64,000 bases of DNA, taken from contig JBMNJT010000002.1 of the NCBI GenBank assembly GCA_050951805.1, positions 352,001 through 416,000 of the forward strand, in the 5' to 3' direction. Position numbers and translations under genes: made by a program. Positions within the stretch are counted from its first letter, which is position 1; every line of letters starts with the position of its first letter. Shown one piece after another: positions 50,605-60,750 of the stretch. The stretch is from Bacillota bacterium. GTDB taxonomy: Bacteria > Bacillota > DTU025. The notes beneath the pieces were generated by a model. That model had not been told where the DNA came from, did no database searches, and saw nothing but the letters and a program-made list of their open reading frames with translations.

Positions 50605-50955
50605 ATGGACTTGTCTGCTGCTAGAGAAGAGTTGGAGAGGAAGATTGCAGCCAGCAGCGACCCATATGAGGAGCAGAGCGTTGTCCTTGGATACGTGGAT
50701 GGGGCAGAGGTCTGTTTGATGGGATGGGCCGAGAGGCCTTTGCGCCGGGATGTTAAGGACGTGCCTCCTCAAGCCAATTCCGCAGATTCCATGCAGATCG
50801 TTTTCGAGGGCGGCATGGAGATATACTATCCGGACGAACAGACTACGGTTATTATGCGGCCCGGGGATTGTCATGTTGTCCCCGCCGGCAAGCGCCATTC
50901 CTGCGTGTCGGCGATGAAGTCTGTCGTGCTGGTTGTAGTCGGTTACAGGGCTTGA
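50605..50955 (+). CDS. Cupin-domain protein
   Basis: VFEGGMEI...MRPGDCHVVPAGKRH. Confidence 0.75.
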   Translation: MDLSAAREELERKIAASSDPYEEQSVVLGYVDGAEVCLMGWAERPLRRDVKDVPPQANSADSMQIVFEGGMEIYYPDEQTTVIMRPGDCHVVPAGKRHSCVSAMKSVVLVVVGYRA

Positions 50956-51346
50956 GAGACATGATAGGAGGCGCGGGTCTTGGAACTAGGTATCGGTTGG
51001 GGGCAGTCTGCATTAATGCCGTGCCGGCAACACTCACTTCGCAGGCGCTTATCATTTGTAATGCACAGCCAGCCATTGTGGCGTGCAAGAACGAAGCACG
51101 TGCAAGGCCGCCCACAAATGAACCGGCTTCTTTATACTGATCAAGTGTGAGGTCGACTATGGTGATCCCCAACGGCTCGCATTGGGATTCATGGAGGCCG
51201 TTAACCTCTTCGAATACAGGTTTTATTACATGCAGCTTCCCAAGGTGTTTTGAAATCAGAGGCACGATGGACCTGTCGCTGTCGAGAAAGTCAATCAAAG
51301 CTGTAGCATCGATCACAATTGACTGAGAGCTATGTTCCATGCTCAT
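50943..51346 (-). pseudogene. PIN-domain protein, frameshifted
   Basis: IVIDATALIDF and VFEEV. The PIN tail CFVLARHNGWLCITNDKRLRSEC lies in another frame after about 51100. ATGA-coupled to the upstream gene. Confidence 0.75.
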
Positions 51347-52506
51347 GGACAGTCTGCCCATGACAAAGTCATGTTCCGCATCGACTGAATATCTATGCCC
51401 ATCATGTCTGCAGCGCGACTCAAAGAGATCACCTCATCTTCCAGTGCCTGCCTTACCAGTCGAGCAAGTTTATCTGGAATGAAGTCGGTTTCGCTGAGCC
51501 TTTCGGGTTCATGAGCCCGATAAGACTCAGAGTAGGAAGCCATGAACTTGTCAGTTGATGCAGGCTGGGGTTCATCTGCTCTTTTCAGGGTTTTCCCATA
51601 GCGCTTCTTGTAATCAACCTGGAACTTGCGCCACACATTATCGGCTGGATTCATGGTTTCTGCAAGTCTACAGAGCACGGTCTGGTAGCTGACTCTGAAC
51701 ATCCTCTTTACTTTGAGGACGCGGTCTAAGAATGGCAACCCTCGGGCATCTTGCCACTCCTTTTGAAATACTGCCTCAGGCATGAGAAAGTAGCTTGCGA
51801 AGATGTTTGCTTCTCGTTCTTCAGCATCATTCTCGTCGAGTTTGTCTACGTCGTACGAATCCATGTGGAGCAAGAGATGGCCGAGTTCATGCGCAGCGGT
51901 GAATATCCAACGCTCCACTGAGATCCTATCCCATACGTTCACAACTACAAGAGGCCCCCCGCAATCCGGCCCAACTGATAGGCCAAAGAAGGCTTCCGAC
52001 ATTACCTCTTTCGGATATACCTTCACCCCTGCGGACTCCAGCAGTCCGCATATGTCCCGGATTGGTTCTTCCTCATCCAACCCGAGCAGGTTTCGGGACT
52101 TACGGGCACACAATATAGCCCGCTTCTCTCCGCTTTCAAGCGCGCTCATTTCGGTTGATAGGTCGCTCAATGCCCACCGGGTTTGTTCGTCAAGGGCTTG
52201 CTCCAGCCAGTTGTAGTCCTGCATCCATTTCACTACATCGAACAGCACCATATCTCTGGTGTTCATTCGCTTGGAGGATCGAAATCTAATCTGAGCAGGC
52301 TTCTTTATCGGGACGAAAAGGTCATCAATCTCCGCGTCGAGTGCCTTTGCTATGCTTCTCAGAGTTGATATCTTTGGATCGGATCTACCGGTTTCAATGT
52401 TTCTATAGGCATCTCGCGAAATCCCTGCAGCGTCTGCCAACTCCTGTTGGGTGAGACCCTTGGCGTAGCGAAGCATCTTCAGATTTGAAATGCTCTGGTA
52501 GTCCAT
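51343..52506 (-). CDS. XRE HTH + ImmA/IrrE (DUF955) metallopeptidase
   Basis: LRYAKGLTQQELADAAGIS...NIETG; RWIFTAAHELGHLLLH; EREANIFASYFLMP; GGAGG RBS before ATG 52506. Confidence 0.92.
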   Translation of the reverse strand: MDYQSISNLKMLRYAKGLTQQELADAAGISRDAYRNIETGRSDPKISTLRSIAKALDAEIDDLFVPIKKPAQIRFRSSKRMNTRDMVLFDVVKWMQDYNWLEQALDEQTRWALSDLSTEMSALESGEKRAILCARKSRNLLGLDEEEPIRDICGLLESAGVKVYPKEVMSEAFFGLSVGPDCGGPLVVVNVWDRISVERWIFTAAHELGHLLLHMDSYDVDKLDENDAEEREANIFASYFLMPEAVFQKEWQDARGLPFLDRVLKVKRMFRVSYQTVLCRLAETMNPADNVWRKFQVDYKKRYGKTLKRADEPQPASTDKFMASYSESYRAHEPERLSETDFIPDKLARLVRQALEDEVISLSRAADMMGIDIQSMRNMTLSWADCP

Positions 52507-53071
52507 TACCGTCAGCACCTCCACACACATTATACCCCAATATACACAATTGGAAAACATACGCATTGTACTTATTATAGTTTAGTACTATGAAAAGATA
52601 AGTATAGCATCTAGAATCAAGATGAATACGCCCTATTGCCTGCGATAGACAGTTCGCACCATGTACTCGGTCTTTAGCACTCTCCTTGTCAGAGTCAAAC
52701 TGATAGCAGAGTGACTGGACTAGGAACTCGACATGGTCACACGCAAGGATAAACCCGGACTCGAACCTTTAGTGACGGAGGCTTAAGTTAAGAACGAAGA
52801 TGGAAACGTGGAAAATCGATATCCAAGCCTTAGTTACCCTTCAGGGCCTGTGATCGGAAAACGCCACAGTCGACGAGAGCAGTATGGACAAGACGGGCAA
52901 GTTTCAGTATGTTGTTATGGGGCCAGTGCTGCCTACATAGAATCGCATTCAGACCGGCCAATGGTTGTAGATGCAGCAGACAAGGGATGCTCGGCGGACT
53001 GTGGGTTCTGGCTGAGGAAGCCTAACTCCGGTCAGTGACCGGCAAGAATGTCTGTAGGGTGGTGATAGAGA

Positions 53072-53563
53072 GTGGTGGTGCGCAGTGCATTTGATGGAGA
53101 TGACGAGCAGCTAGTAGCCTTGATAGCGGCGTTTCGCGTCGAGTTGGCTGCGTTCAAGCAACAAGAATCGAATCCTAACCAAGACGCGGCTTCGACGGAA
53201 TTGGCAGACTATCGATCCAATCGTTTCCGCCTGGCAGTAGCAGAGTCAGATGAGGGCCATGTTATCGGCTTCATAGCTTGCCGTATCGAAGATGATGTCG
53301 TTTGGGCAGAGTCGTTGTATGTCTTGCCGGAATACAGACGGGTTGGAGTAGCCTCAAGGCTCTACGGATATGCAGAGGGCATTGCGGATGAGCTTGGCTC
53401 CGACACGGTGTACAACTGGGTTCACCCGAACAACGCCGCCATTATTGCCTTTCTCAGAAAGCGTGGCTATGATGTATTGAACCTTATAGAGGTCAGGCGG
53501 AAATATGCCGGTGAATGTATCAGTGGTGATGTTATGGTCGGTTCGGAGCGGTTCCGTTACTGA
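53072..53563 (+). CDS. GNAT-family acetyltransferase
   Basis: LYVLPEYRRVGVA; NNAAIIAFLRKRGY. Confidence 0.85.
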   Translation: MVVRSAFDGDDEQLVALIAAFRVELAAFKQQESNPNQDAASTELADYRSNRFRLAVAESDEGHVIGFIACRIEDDVVWAESLYVLPEYRRVGVASRLYGYAEGIADELGSDTVYNWVHPNNAAIIAFLRKRGYDVLNLIEVRRKYAGECISGDVMVGSERFRY

Positions 53564-53912
53564 CCGGACGCGGCGTCTGTGGCCGCGAACCGCCAGGAAT
53601 CGAATAGGGATGCCGGGAGCTTTTCAGTTTGCATACTGATATTGCCGGACAAAGGTAATTGGCTGAAGAGAGAGGCTGCGATGGTTCGGTGGAGGTTATC
53701 AAGTGCCTTGAGATTGTGCAGGTCTACGGAGCCCGGTAGGTTCCCTGTCATGTCAATGGCCCTGGATTGCCGAGCGGCAGCCATCGAGTGTCAACCCCGT
53801 AATTCCATGGGCCTGGATGATCTGTTCCGGAACCCAGCTTTAAGGGCCATCGTACCTTTCGCCCAGCAGAACAGTTTGCAGAGGGAACACGATTTCAGGC
53901 GTATGCGACATG

Positions 53913-54629
53913 TCAGATATGAAACCCTCCGTTGACATTGAGTATTTCTCCGGTAATGAACTGATTTTCTGCAAGGAAGAGGGCTGCCTGTGCAATATGA
54001 TCGGGAAGGCCGATCGTTCCTAATGGCGTTTGCTCTTTTATCAACTGTCTGTCATAGTCGGATAGCTCTTTGTTCATGTCTGTTTCTATTACTCCTGGAG
54101 CGATGCAATTCACGCGTATTCCGGATGGGGCCATCTCCTTGGCCAGGGCCTTAGTGAAGCCGATCACTCCGGCTTTTGCTGCGGAATAGTGTACCTCGCA
54201 AGAACCGCCCGTAACACCCCACACTGAAGAGATGTTTACAATAGCTCCATGTTTGCGCTTTATCATGTGTGGAATGACGCAGTGAGTGCACAGATAGACG
54301 GATTTCAGGTTCACAGACATCATGTTGTCCCAATCAGTCTCGGACATGTCGACGAATTGCTTGAACTGCGCTATCCCTGCATTATTGATGAGAATATCAA
54401 CTCCATTCGTCTGCGAGACCATATGCTCCACATCGTTGCTATTCGAAACATCTGCATAAAGAGGGATCAAGGTACATCCGCGCTCGGAGAGCTTCTCGGA
54501 AAGAAGCTCCAGGCTTTTGGGGCTGCTGCGATAGTTGGCATAGACCGTGTATCCATTGACCGCGAACAACTCCGCAGTGGCATACCCAATTCCCCGTGAC
54601 GCTCCGGTAATCAGAACAGTTTCTCTCAT
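53913..54629 (-). CDS. SDR oxidoreductase, FabG/YmfI-like
   Basis: TGASRGIG, NNAG, ISSVWG, YSAAK, RVNCIAPGVIETDM. Confidence 0.9.
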   Translation of the reverse strand: MRETVLITGASRGIGYATAELFAVNGYTVYANYRSSPKSLELLSEKLSERGCTLIPLYADVSNSNDVEHMVSQTNGVDILINNAGIAQFKQFVDMSETDWDNMMSVNLKSVYLCTHCVIPHMIKRKHGAIVNISSVWGVTGGSCEVHYSAAKAGVIGFTKALAKEMAPSGIRVNCIAPGVIETDMNKELSDYDRQLIKEQTPLGTIGLPDHIAQAALFLAENQFITGEILNVNGGFHI

Positions 54630-54776
54630 GGCTCTATGTAACCTCCAGGCCGCCTATGGCTGTGTTTCCTCAGAAATGTCTCTATTCAGTATTGTAGCTT
54701 TTTCTCCTCCAATATAATGTCCTCCTTGTTCATGGGCGGCAATACCACAGATGCCCAATATACAGTTTCCAACTCA

Positions 54777-54805
54777 TTGTTAGTTTCAAATGGTAATGAT
54801 ATAAT
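54777..54805 (+). promoter_or_regulatory. Sigma-A promoter ahead of the riboswitch
   Basis: TTGTTA-N17-TATAAT with an extended -10 TG. Confidence 0.65.
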
Positions 54806-54827
54806 TAAACATGAAAACTAAACATCT

Positions 54828-54996
54828 AATGGAAGTGGTGCCCCGAAGTTCCCGGGGAGAATAGGGAATCAGGTGGAAGTCCTGAGCGGTCCCGCCACTG
54901 TAAGCGTGAGTTCGCTGGCATGCCACTGTCTAATGCATGATAGACGGGAAGGGTCAGCAGAACGATGAGCGTAAGCCAGGAGACCTGCCCTTCCAG
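54828..54996 (+). ncRNA. Cobalamin riboswitch
   Basis: GGTGC...AATAGGGAATCAGGTGGAAGTCCTGAGCGGTCCCGCCACTGT...GCCACTG...GGGAAGG...AAGCCAGGAGACCTGCC (B12 box), all in canonical order. Confidence 0.95.
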
Positions 54997-55075
54997 AAAG
55001 TACGCCGCCTTCGGAGGAAAGGAGGAGTGCGATATACCAGGCATCGGATGCAAGATAGATGGCCTAGGTTAGTCG

Positions 55076-55112
55076 GTCCCTTATGCCTTCACGGCGTGAG
55101 GGACTTTCTTAT
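55076..55112 (+). terminator. Intrinsic terminator (riboswitch expression platform)
   Basis: GTCCCTTATGCC-TTCAC-GGCGTGAGGGAC followed by TTTCTTATTT. Confidence 0.8.
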
Positions 55113-55188
55113 TTAGCTAGCTCAATCAGCTCATGTAGTGTTCTTGTAACGAGAGTAGGAGTTATTCAGACACGAGGGGGATGATCAG

Positions 55189-56304
55189 ATGAGATTATTC
55201 GAATACATGGGAAAACAGTTATTCATCGATTTTGGCATACGTGTGCCCCGAGGTATGGTGTGCGACACTCCCAAGACCGCTGCGCAGATAGCACAGAGGT
55301 TGGGTGGCCCGGTAATGATAAAAGCTCAGGTTCTTTCGGGTAAAAGAGGCAAAGGCGGGGGTATTCGGCTGGCTGATGGCCCCAAAGAATCAAAACTTGC
55401 GGCTGAACAGTTACTTCAATCTACAGTGCAAGGCTTCCCTGTGGAGCTGCTTTTGATAGAGGAAAAACTGGCCATCGGGCAGGAACTGTATTTGTCCTTG
55501 ATAGTTGATGGTGTAAGTAAGAAACCCGTGCTCATTGCCTCTGCCCAAGGCGGCATGGACATTGAGAATGTGCCAGAAGAGCAGATTATCAGACAACCGA
55601 TAGATGTAGAGCTTGGATTGCCTACTTTCTTGGCGCGAGATATTGTCCGTAGGCTTAAAATTGTGCCCAGCAGCCCCTGCGGAAAGGCACTAACGCAAGT
55701 AGTCACGGCGCTTTACCGACTGTTTACCGCCATAGATGCTGAACTGGTGGAGATCAATCCGCTGGCGATCTGCGGTGATACTGTCTATGCAGCCGATGCC
55801 AAAATCACTGTCGATGATGCCTCGCTGTATCGCCATGCCCATATTCCGACGGTAAGTGAGCTCACTTTAGGTGAGCAAGAAGCTAGCAAGTTGGGACTAT
55901 CATATGTGGATCTTGACGGTGAAATAGGTGTGATGGCCAATGGAGCTGGAATTACCATGGCTACGCTCGATATGATAACCTATTTCGGCAGCAAACCAGC
56001 TAATTTTCTGGACATCGGCGGCGGAGCTAACCAAGAAGCTACCCGAAAAGGACTGGAACTTGTCTTGGCTAAGCAGCCCAAGGCCGTACTCGTCAATATC
56101 TTTGGAGGCATAACGCGCTGCGACGAAGTGGCGCAGGCCATTGTCGGCATCAGGAGACAATACGGCAAATCAATTCCCATGGTGGTTCGTTTAGCAGGCA
56201 CAAATCAGGATGCTGGGCGTGCCATTCTTGAGAAGGAAGCCGGAATCGAGGTTTTTGATCTCATGCAAACTGCTGCTCAGCGAGCAGTGGAATTAGCAGG
56301 TTAG
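55189..56304 (+). CDS. sucC: Succinate--CoA ligase (ADP-forming) beta subunit-like
   Basis: MRLFEYMGK, KAQVLSGKRGKGGGI, EINPL, DAK, NGAGITMATLD, PANFLDIGGG, NIFGGITRCD, VRLAGTN. Confidence 0.9.
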   Translation: MRLFEYMGKQLFIDFGIRVPRGMVCDTPKTAAQIAQRLGGPVMIKAQVLSGKRGKGGGIRLADGPKESKLAAEQLLQSTVQGFPVELLLIEEKLAIGQELYLSLIVDGVSKKPVLIASAQGGMDIENVPEEQIIRQPIDVELGLPTFLARDIVRRLKIVPSSPCGKALTQVVTALYRLFTAIDAELVEINPLAICGDTVYAADAKITVDDASLYRHAHIPTVSELTLGEQEASKLGLSYVDLDGEIGVMANGAGITMATLDMITYFGSKPANFLDIGGGANQEATRKGLELVLAKQPKAVLVNIFGGITRCDEVAQAIVGIRRQYGKSIPMVVRLAGTNQDAGRAILEKEAGIEVFDLMQTAAQRAVELAG

Positions 56305-56352
56305 GTCAACCAGTTACAGAGCATTGCTTCTACTATATTGAGGAGGTTTAGC

Positions 56353-57276
56353 ATGTCTATCCTGATTGATGAGCAGACCTCGGTGTTGGTACAGGGAATC
56401 ACGGGTAATCAGGGCCGTTTTCACACCCAGCAGATGCTTGCTTACGGCACTAATGTAGTGGCGGGAGTCACTCCTGGCCGTTGTGGCATGGAAGTAGAAG
56501 GCGTTCCTGTTTTTGATACTGTACGTGCAGCGACAGAAGAGTATTCTATCGACGCTTCGGTGCTCTTTACACCGGCAGCTGCAGTTAAAGATGCAGCACT
56601 GGAGGCTATGGAGGCCGGCATCAGAACATTGGTGATAATAACCGAGCATGTACCGGTACATGACTGCCTGGAGATTATGGCTTATGCAGATCGTATTGGG
56701 GCCACGATCATAGGCCCAAACACGTACGGGATTGTCTCTCCCGGCCGATGCAAGATAGGCATCGCACCTAGCTCTATCTTTTTGCCGGGGAGTGTAGGTG
56801 TGGTCGCTCGCTCTGGCACGCTATCCTATGAGATAGTTGGCAATCTCACGGCTTCTGGCGTTGGTCAATCAACGGTAGTGGGTATTGGTGGCGATCGTGT
56901 CGTGGGGCAATCATTTATCGATATTCTGCGGCTTTTTGAAGCCGACTCTGCTACCTCAGTGGTTGTCTTAATTGGAGAGATCGGAGGCAGTGCCGAGGAG
57001 GAGGCGGCACCCTATATCACTCAGATGACCAAGCCTGTAGTTGCCTACATCGCCGGCCAAAGTGCTCCCCCTGGTAAACGTATGGGACACGCTGGAGCTA
57101 TTATCGAGCGAGGTAGGGGCACTTATCACCATAAACGCAGGGCGCTTGAAGAAGCCGGTGTACGGGTAGCCGAATTGCCCTCGCAAGTGACCGGCATTGT
57201 GCAGACAGAGTTGTCTATGTTGCATGCAGATCCTTTTTATGGGCTGATCTGGTCTTTCAGCCGACCGCAGCAGTAA
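56353..57276 (+). CDS. sucD: Succinate--CoA ligase alpha subunit-like
   Basis: MSILID, VQGITG, GPNTYG, RSGTLSYE, GIGGD, GEIGG, GKRMGHAGA (phospho-His). Confidence 0.92.
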   Translation: MSILIDEQTSVLVQGITGNQGRFHTQQMLAYGTNVVAGVTPGRCGMEVEGVPVFDTVRAATEEYSIDASVLFTPAAAVKDAALEAMEAGIRTLVIITEHVPVHDCLEIMAYADRIGATIIGPNTYGIVSPGRCKIGIAPSSIFLPGSVGVVARSGTLSYEIVGNLTASGVGQSTVVGIGGDRVVGQSFIDILRLFEADSATSVVVLIGEIGGSAEEEAAPYITQMTKPVVAYIAGQSAPPGKRMGHAGAIIERGRGTYHHKRRALEEAGVRVAELPSQVTGIVQTELSMLHADPFYGLIWSFSRPQQ

Positions 57277-57323
57277 AGTGAAACACTTTGCACGGCGTGA
57301 CCAAGGCAGGAGATGAATGACAC

Positions 57324-58562
57324 GTGGACTTGCTGACGAATTCACTTTTTCTATTGAGCTTGGCCATCCTTTGCGGTCATTACTTGGGAAAGATCAGCCT
57401 AGCACGTTTCAATTTGGGCGCATCCGGTACACTCTTTGCGGGTATGGGTTTGAGCTGGTTGATATACGACCGTTTCGTGGCTCCCTATGAGATCGCGGTG
57501 GCGAACGGGGCTATTGATGTTCCTTCCTATGCAGTGCGCATACTGCAAAATGGATTTGTGGACAAGGCCAACTTCGATTTCTTCCTGCTTCTATTTGTGG
57601 CTTCAGTTGGATTACTCGCCGCCAAAGATGTAGCAAGAGTTTTTAGGGGTAATGGAGCCAAGTTTCTGCTACTAGCCATTTCCATAACCACTACTGGTGC
57701 TGGCGTGGCCTACTCGCTTTTTCGCCTGATCGGAAAGCTGGATATGCACGCTATAACCGGACTGTATGCTGGTGCGCTGACCAGCTCGCCTGGGCTTGGT
57801 GCGGCTCTGGAATCTGCCGCCTGCATGTTCCCGGATCCCGCATCAGCGGCAGCTCGTGCTGCGCAAGCCAGCGTAGGCATGGGTTATGCCATCGCCTATC
57901 CGTTTGCCGCGATTACAGTCATCATATGCATGCAGCTGCTTCCGAAGCTTTTCGATGTGGATTTGCAGCAAGAAGTTGCCCAACTAGATAGCGACCTGGC
58001 CAATGGTCACACCTGGTCTGCATCCAAGCCTGCCTCGTTTTGCGTACCTGGCATAGCATTCGTTTCCCTAATTGGATATATACTGGGCAGCATCAGTATA
58101 CCCTTGGGTTCCGTGGGCAAGGTCAGTTTAGGCACCACGGGAGGAGTGCTGGTTACGGGCCTGATTCTAGGCGACCGTGGCCGTCTGCGTATGGATGAGC
58201 GGGCCCTCAACGTGACCAAACAAGTAGCTCTGTATTACTTCTTGGCTTATGTCGGCCTTAACTACGGATATCAGGCTGCAACCGCCATGACTGGACCGAA
58301 TGCCATGTTGGTTCTGGTCGGTATCCTGACTACAGCGACTTCCGTTCTTGTCGGCTTCTTGTTCGGACGTTATGTGTTGAAGATGAACTGGATCATTCTG
58401 TCCGGCGCTATATGCGGCAGCATGACTTCCACTCCTGGCCTGGGCGCAGCTATTGATGCTACTGGGCGTAACGAAGCTGCTGGTGGTTATGGCGCTACCT
58501 ATCCTGTGGGGTTGCTCTGCAAGGTGGTGATAGTGCAGGTATTGAGCAAGTTAGTCTGGTAA
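57324..58562 (+). CDS. AAE-family (AspT/YidE/YbjL/SucE) transporter lacking TrkA-C domains
   Basis: Duplicated motifs GLYAGALTSSPGLGAA / GAICGSMTSTPGLGAA and GYAIAYP / GYGATYP; only 412 aa. Confidence 0.85.
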   Translation: MDLLTNSLFLLSLAILCGHYLGKISLARFNLGASGTLFAGMGLSWLIYDRFVAPYEIAVANGAIDVPSYAVRILQNGFVDKANFDFFLLLFVASVGLLAAKDVARVFRGNGAKFLLLAISITTTGAGVAYSLFRLIGKLDMHAITGLYAGALTSSPGLGAALESAACMFPDPASAAARAAQASVGMGYAIAYPFAAITVIICMQLLPKLFDVDLQQEVAQLDSDLANGHTWSASKPASFCVPGIAFVSLIGYILGSISIPLGSVGKVSLGTTGGVLVTGLILGDRGRLRMDERALNVTKQVALYYFLAYVGLNYGYQAATAMTGPNAMLVLVGILTTATSVLVGFLFGRYVLKMNWIILSGAICGSMTSTPGLGAAIDATGRNEAAGGYGATYPVGLLCKVVIVQVLSKLVW

Positions 58563-59496
58563 GGCCGGTGGAAAAGCGAATAAGCAGTAATCATAATCAG
58601 CCATCGGTTGCGAATTGAGCTGAACCTGGAGCGTTTAAGCCAGTTTGGCACTAGGCCCCGGTTCTATCGAAGGACGCTAAACGCCAGCTGAATGCGGTGC
58701 TAATCGACATGGCAGAAGGTCAGGGAGTTATCCTTCGCCCACGCCTGATCAAAGCTGTGCTCGGTGTTGTCTACGCGACTCACCTTCAGCCGCCATCCAG
58801 CAGCTACGCTGTTGAAACCCGTGAAGTTTACAGAGTCACTGGGATCGGAGACCTTGCGAGAATTTGGAGTTAATTTCTACTTTCGCATCATTCACCTGCG
58901 CTGTTGATTTTGCTAGAGCCAAACCCTTTGGAGAATGCAAGGGGAGTCCCGGCCAAACTCGTATTTGGCGCAATCTGACTCGTAGTGAAGCCCGAGAACC
59001 TGCTTGATCTTAGATGCGATCGAAGTTCCAGGTATACAGATCGACCTTTCGACCCATCATGTGATACATCGGGAAGTTTAGGCATTTCACTGTGATGCCC
59101 GATATAGATGGCAAATCCCCAAATGCCAACGGTTATCTGCTGGGTTGTTCCATGATTTTACCTGACGCATGCTGAGCAGCGCAACATTGATGCTGGTGTA
59201 TCGAGGCACAGAGCATTGGAAAGGAAACTCAGCCCTTTCGCGTCTAAGCGCGAGCACTAGTATGGTTAACACACAAACGGGCTCGCTTGCTTCTCCCCGG
59301 TCCTACATCTGGCAGATAATTGGGCAACATCTACCGGGTGCCGCCGACCAAAACCCGATATGTCGCCGCCTATCATGCTATAATAGGACTTGCTAGAGTC
59401 AATTCCTGGGGCGGCTTGGATCTATCTCAATTCGAAAAAGGAAGTCCCGGTCCAGGCATAAGCTCCCAAAAATCAGGCGAAGCGGAGGTATTAAGA

Positions 59497-60618
59497 TTGA
59501 AGCGACTGGCGTCTGTTCTGTTCATCGTTTCCCTTTTGGTCTTGGGTTCGCTAGGCGCACTCGCGGCAGATGATCCTCTTCTTTTCAGCGGCAAGATTGT
59601 CACAGTTGACAAGTATGGCAATGTGCTAACCGACATAAGCGAAGAGGCTGTTGCAGCTTCGGGGGCTGAAGTAGGGGACATGGTCATCGTGAAGATAGGG
59701 GACAAAACACTTGTAGTTCCCTTTGTCACTATCTATGGGGATGTCGACCGGGGAACCCCCTTGATGAGAACGACAAATAACGCTATCCAGTTCGCCATAA
59801 ACTACGGCAACTTTGCACAGACATACGGAGCTTCCGAGGGGACTGAAGTATCGGTCTATCTGAAGGAGAAAGGTGCTTACCTGTCTGAAATACAGATCCG
59901 CAGTCTCAAGAAACTTGAGAACCGCGACGAGTACGACAGTGACGAGGCCTTTGCCAACTTCAGAGAAGTCACGGCAGGGAATATCAAGCCAGGCATCTTG
60001 TACAGAGTCTCCCACCCGTCACTCGGCGACGAGCGTTCCTCATACGCAGCCAGGCTGGTGGAAGAGCACGGCATCAACACGGTGCTTAACCTGTCAGACA
60101 CCCCAGAGGAATTCGAAGCGAACCTCGCGCACTCCGAGTACTATCGCCAGCTCAACGAGAAAGGAAACATCGTTGCAGTCGGTATGGGAGTGGACTTCGC
60201 GGCGAAAGAGTTCACCGAGAAGTTCAAGACGGTCCTTGAGTTCATGATCGACCACGATGGCCCGTACGCCGTCCACTGCGTGGAAGGGAAGGACAGGGCT
60301 GGATTGGTCATAGCGGTTCTCCAGGGCCTTGCCGGAGCGACGGTCGAAGAGATCGTCGAAGATTACATGGTCTCCTATGAGAACTACTACAGACTGGAGA
60401 AGGGCACCAGAGGGTATGAGCTAGTCTCCAAGATAATGTACGACCAGCTCCGTGAGATGAATGGCGGCGAAGCGGTCACCGATGCCAACCTCAAGGCCGT
60501 TGTAGTGAACTACCTCAAGAACATGGTGGGGCTGGATGACGATCAGATAGAGGCACTCGAAACGATACTGGTCGGCGAGGCATCGGCCCGGGCAGAAGTC
60601 GTCTTCTTGGCTGCTTAA
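59497..60618 (+). CDS. Exported fusion of a SAM hydroxide adenosyltransferase/halogenase C-terminal-like domain and a Cys-based (tyrosine-type) phosphatase
   Basis: GGAGG RBS, TTG start, signal peptide. GKIVTVDKYGNVLTDI...YGDV...FAINYGNFAQTYG, then ANFREV and HCVEGKDRAG (CX5R), IVEDYMVS. Confidence 0.8.
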   Translation: MKRLASVLFIVSLLVLGSLGALAADDPLLFSGKIVTVDKYGNVLTDISEEAVAASGAEVGDMVIVKIGDKTLVVPFVTIYGDVDRGTPLMRTTNNAIQFAINYGNFAQTYGASEGTEVSVYLKEKGAYLSEIQIRSLKKLENRDEYDSDEAFANFREVTAGNIKPGILYRVSHPSLGDERSSYAARLVEEHGINTVLNLSDTPEEFEANLAHSEYYRQLNEKGNIVAVGMGVDFAAKEFTEKFKTVLEFMIDHDGPYAVHCVEGKDRAGLVIAVLQGLAGATVEEIVEDYMVSYENYYRLEKGTRGYELVSKIMYDQLREMNGGEAVTDANLKAVVVNYLKNMVGLDDDQIEALETILVGEASARAEVVFLAA

Positions 60619-60698
60619 AGCACTTCATGAATCCCGAACTCTAAGAAGTGGAGTTCTCTGTACATACTCGCGATTGAGTAGATTCCAGAATAGTCAAT

Positions 60699-60748
60699 GC
60701 GGGAGCTGTCTGATCTATGGCAAGCCCATGGAGCCCGGCAGCTCCCGC
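60699..60748. terminator. Long hairpin between convergent genes
   Basis: GCGGGAGCTGTC...GGCAGCTCCCGC arms (12 bp with one G-U) around an inner TATGG/CCATG stem. Confidence 0.5.
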
Positions 60749-60750
60749 TG

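Noticed and set aside
52754-52770. tRNA or att-site fragment (reverse complement reads GGTTCGAGTCC)
   Set aside because: The flanks form no T-stem or acceptor stem and there is no properly spaced CCA.
12000-53000. Integrase, transposase or att-bounded mobile element carrying the island
   Set aside because: No recombinase or transposase motifs, tRNA target or terminal repeats recognised; only an excisionase-type HTH in a pseudogene.
58563-59480. Short ORFs after the AAE transporter
   Set aside because: Fragmentary, with no RBS or recognisable motif; possibly eroded genes but not supportable.
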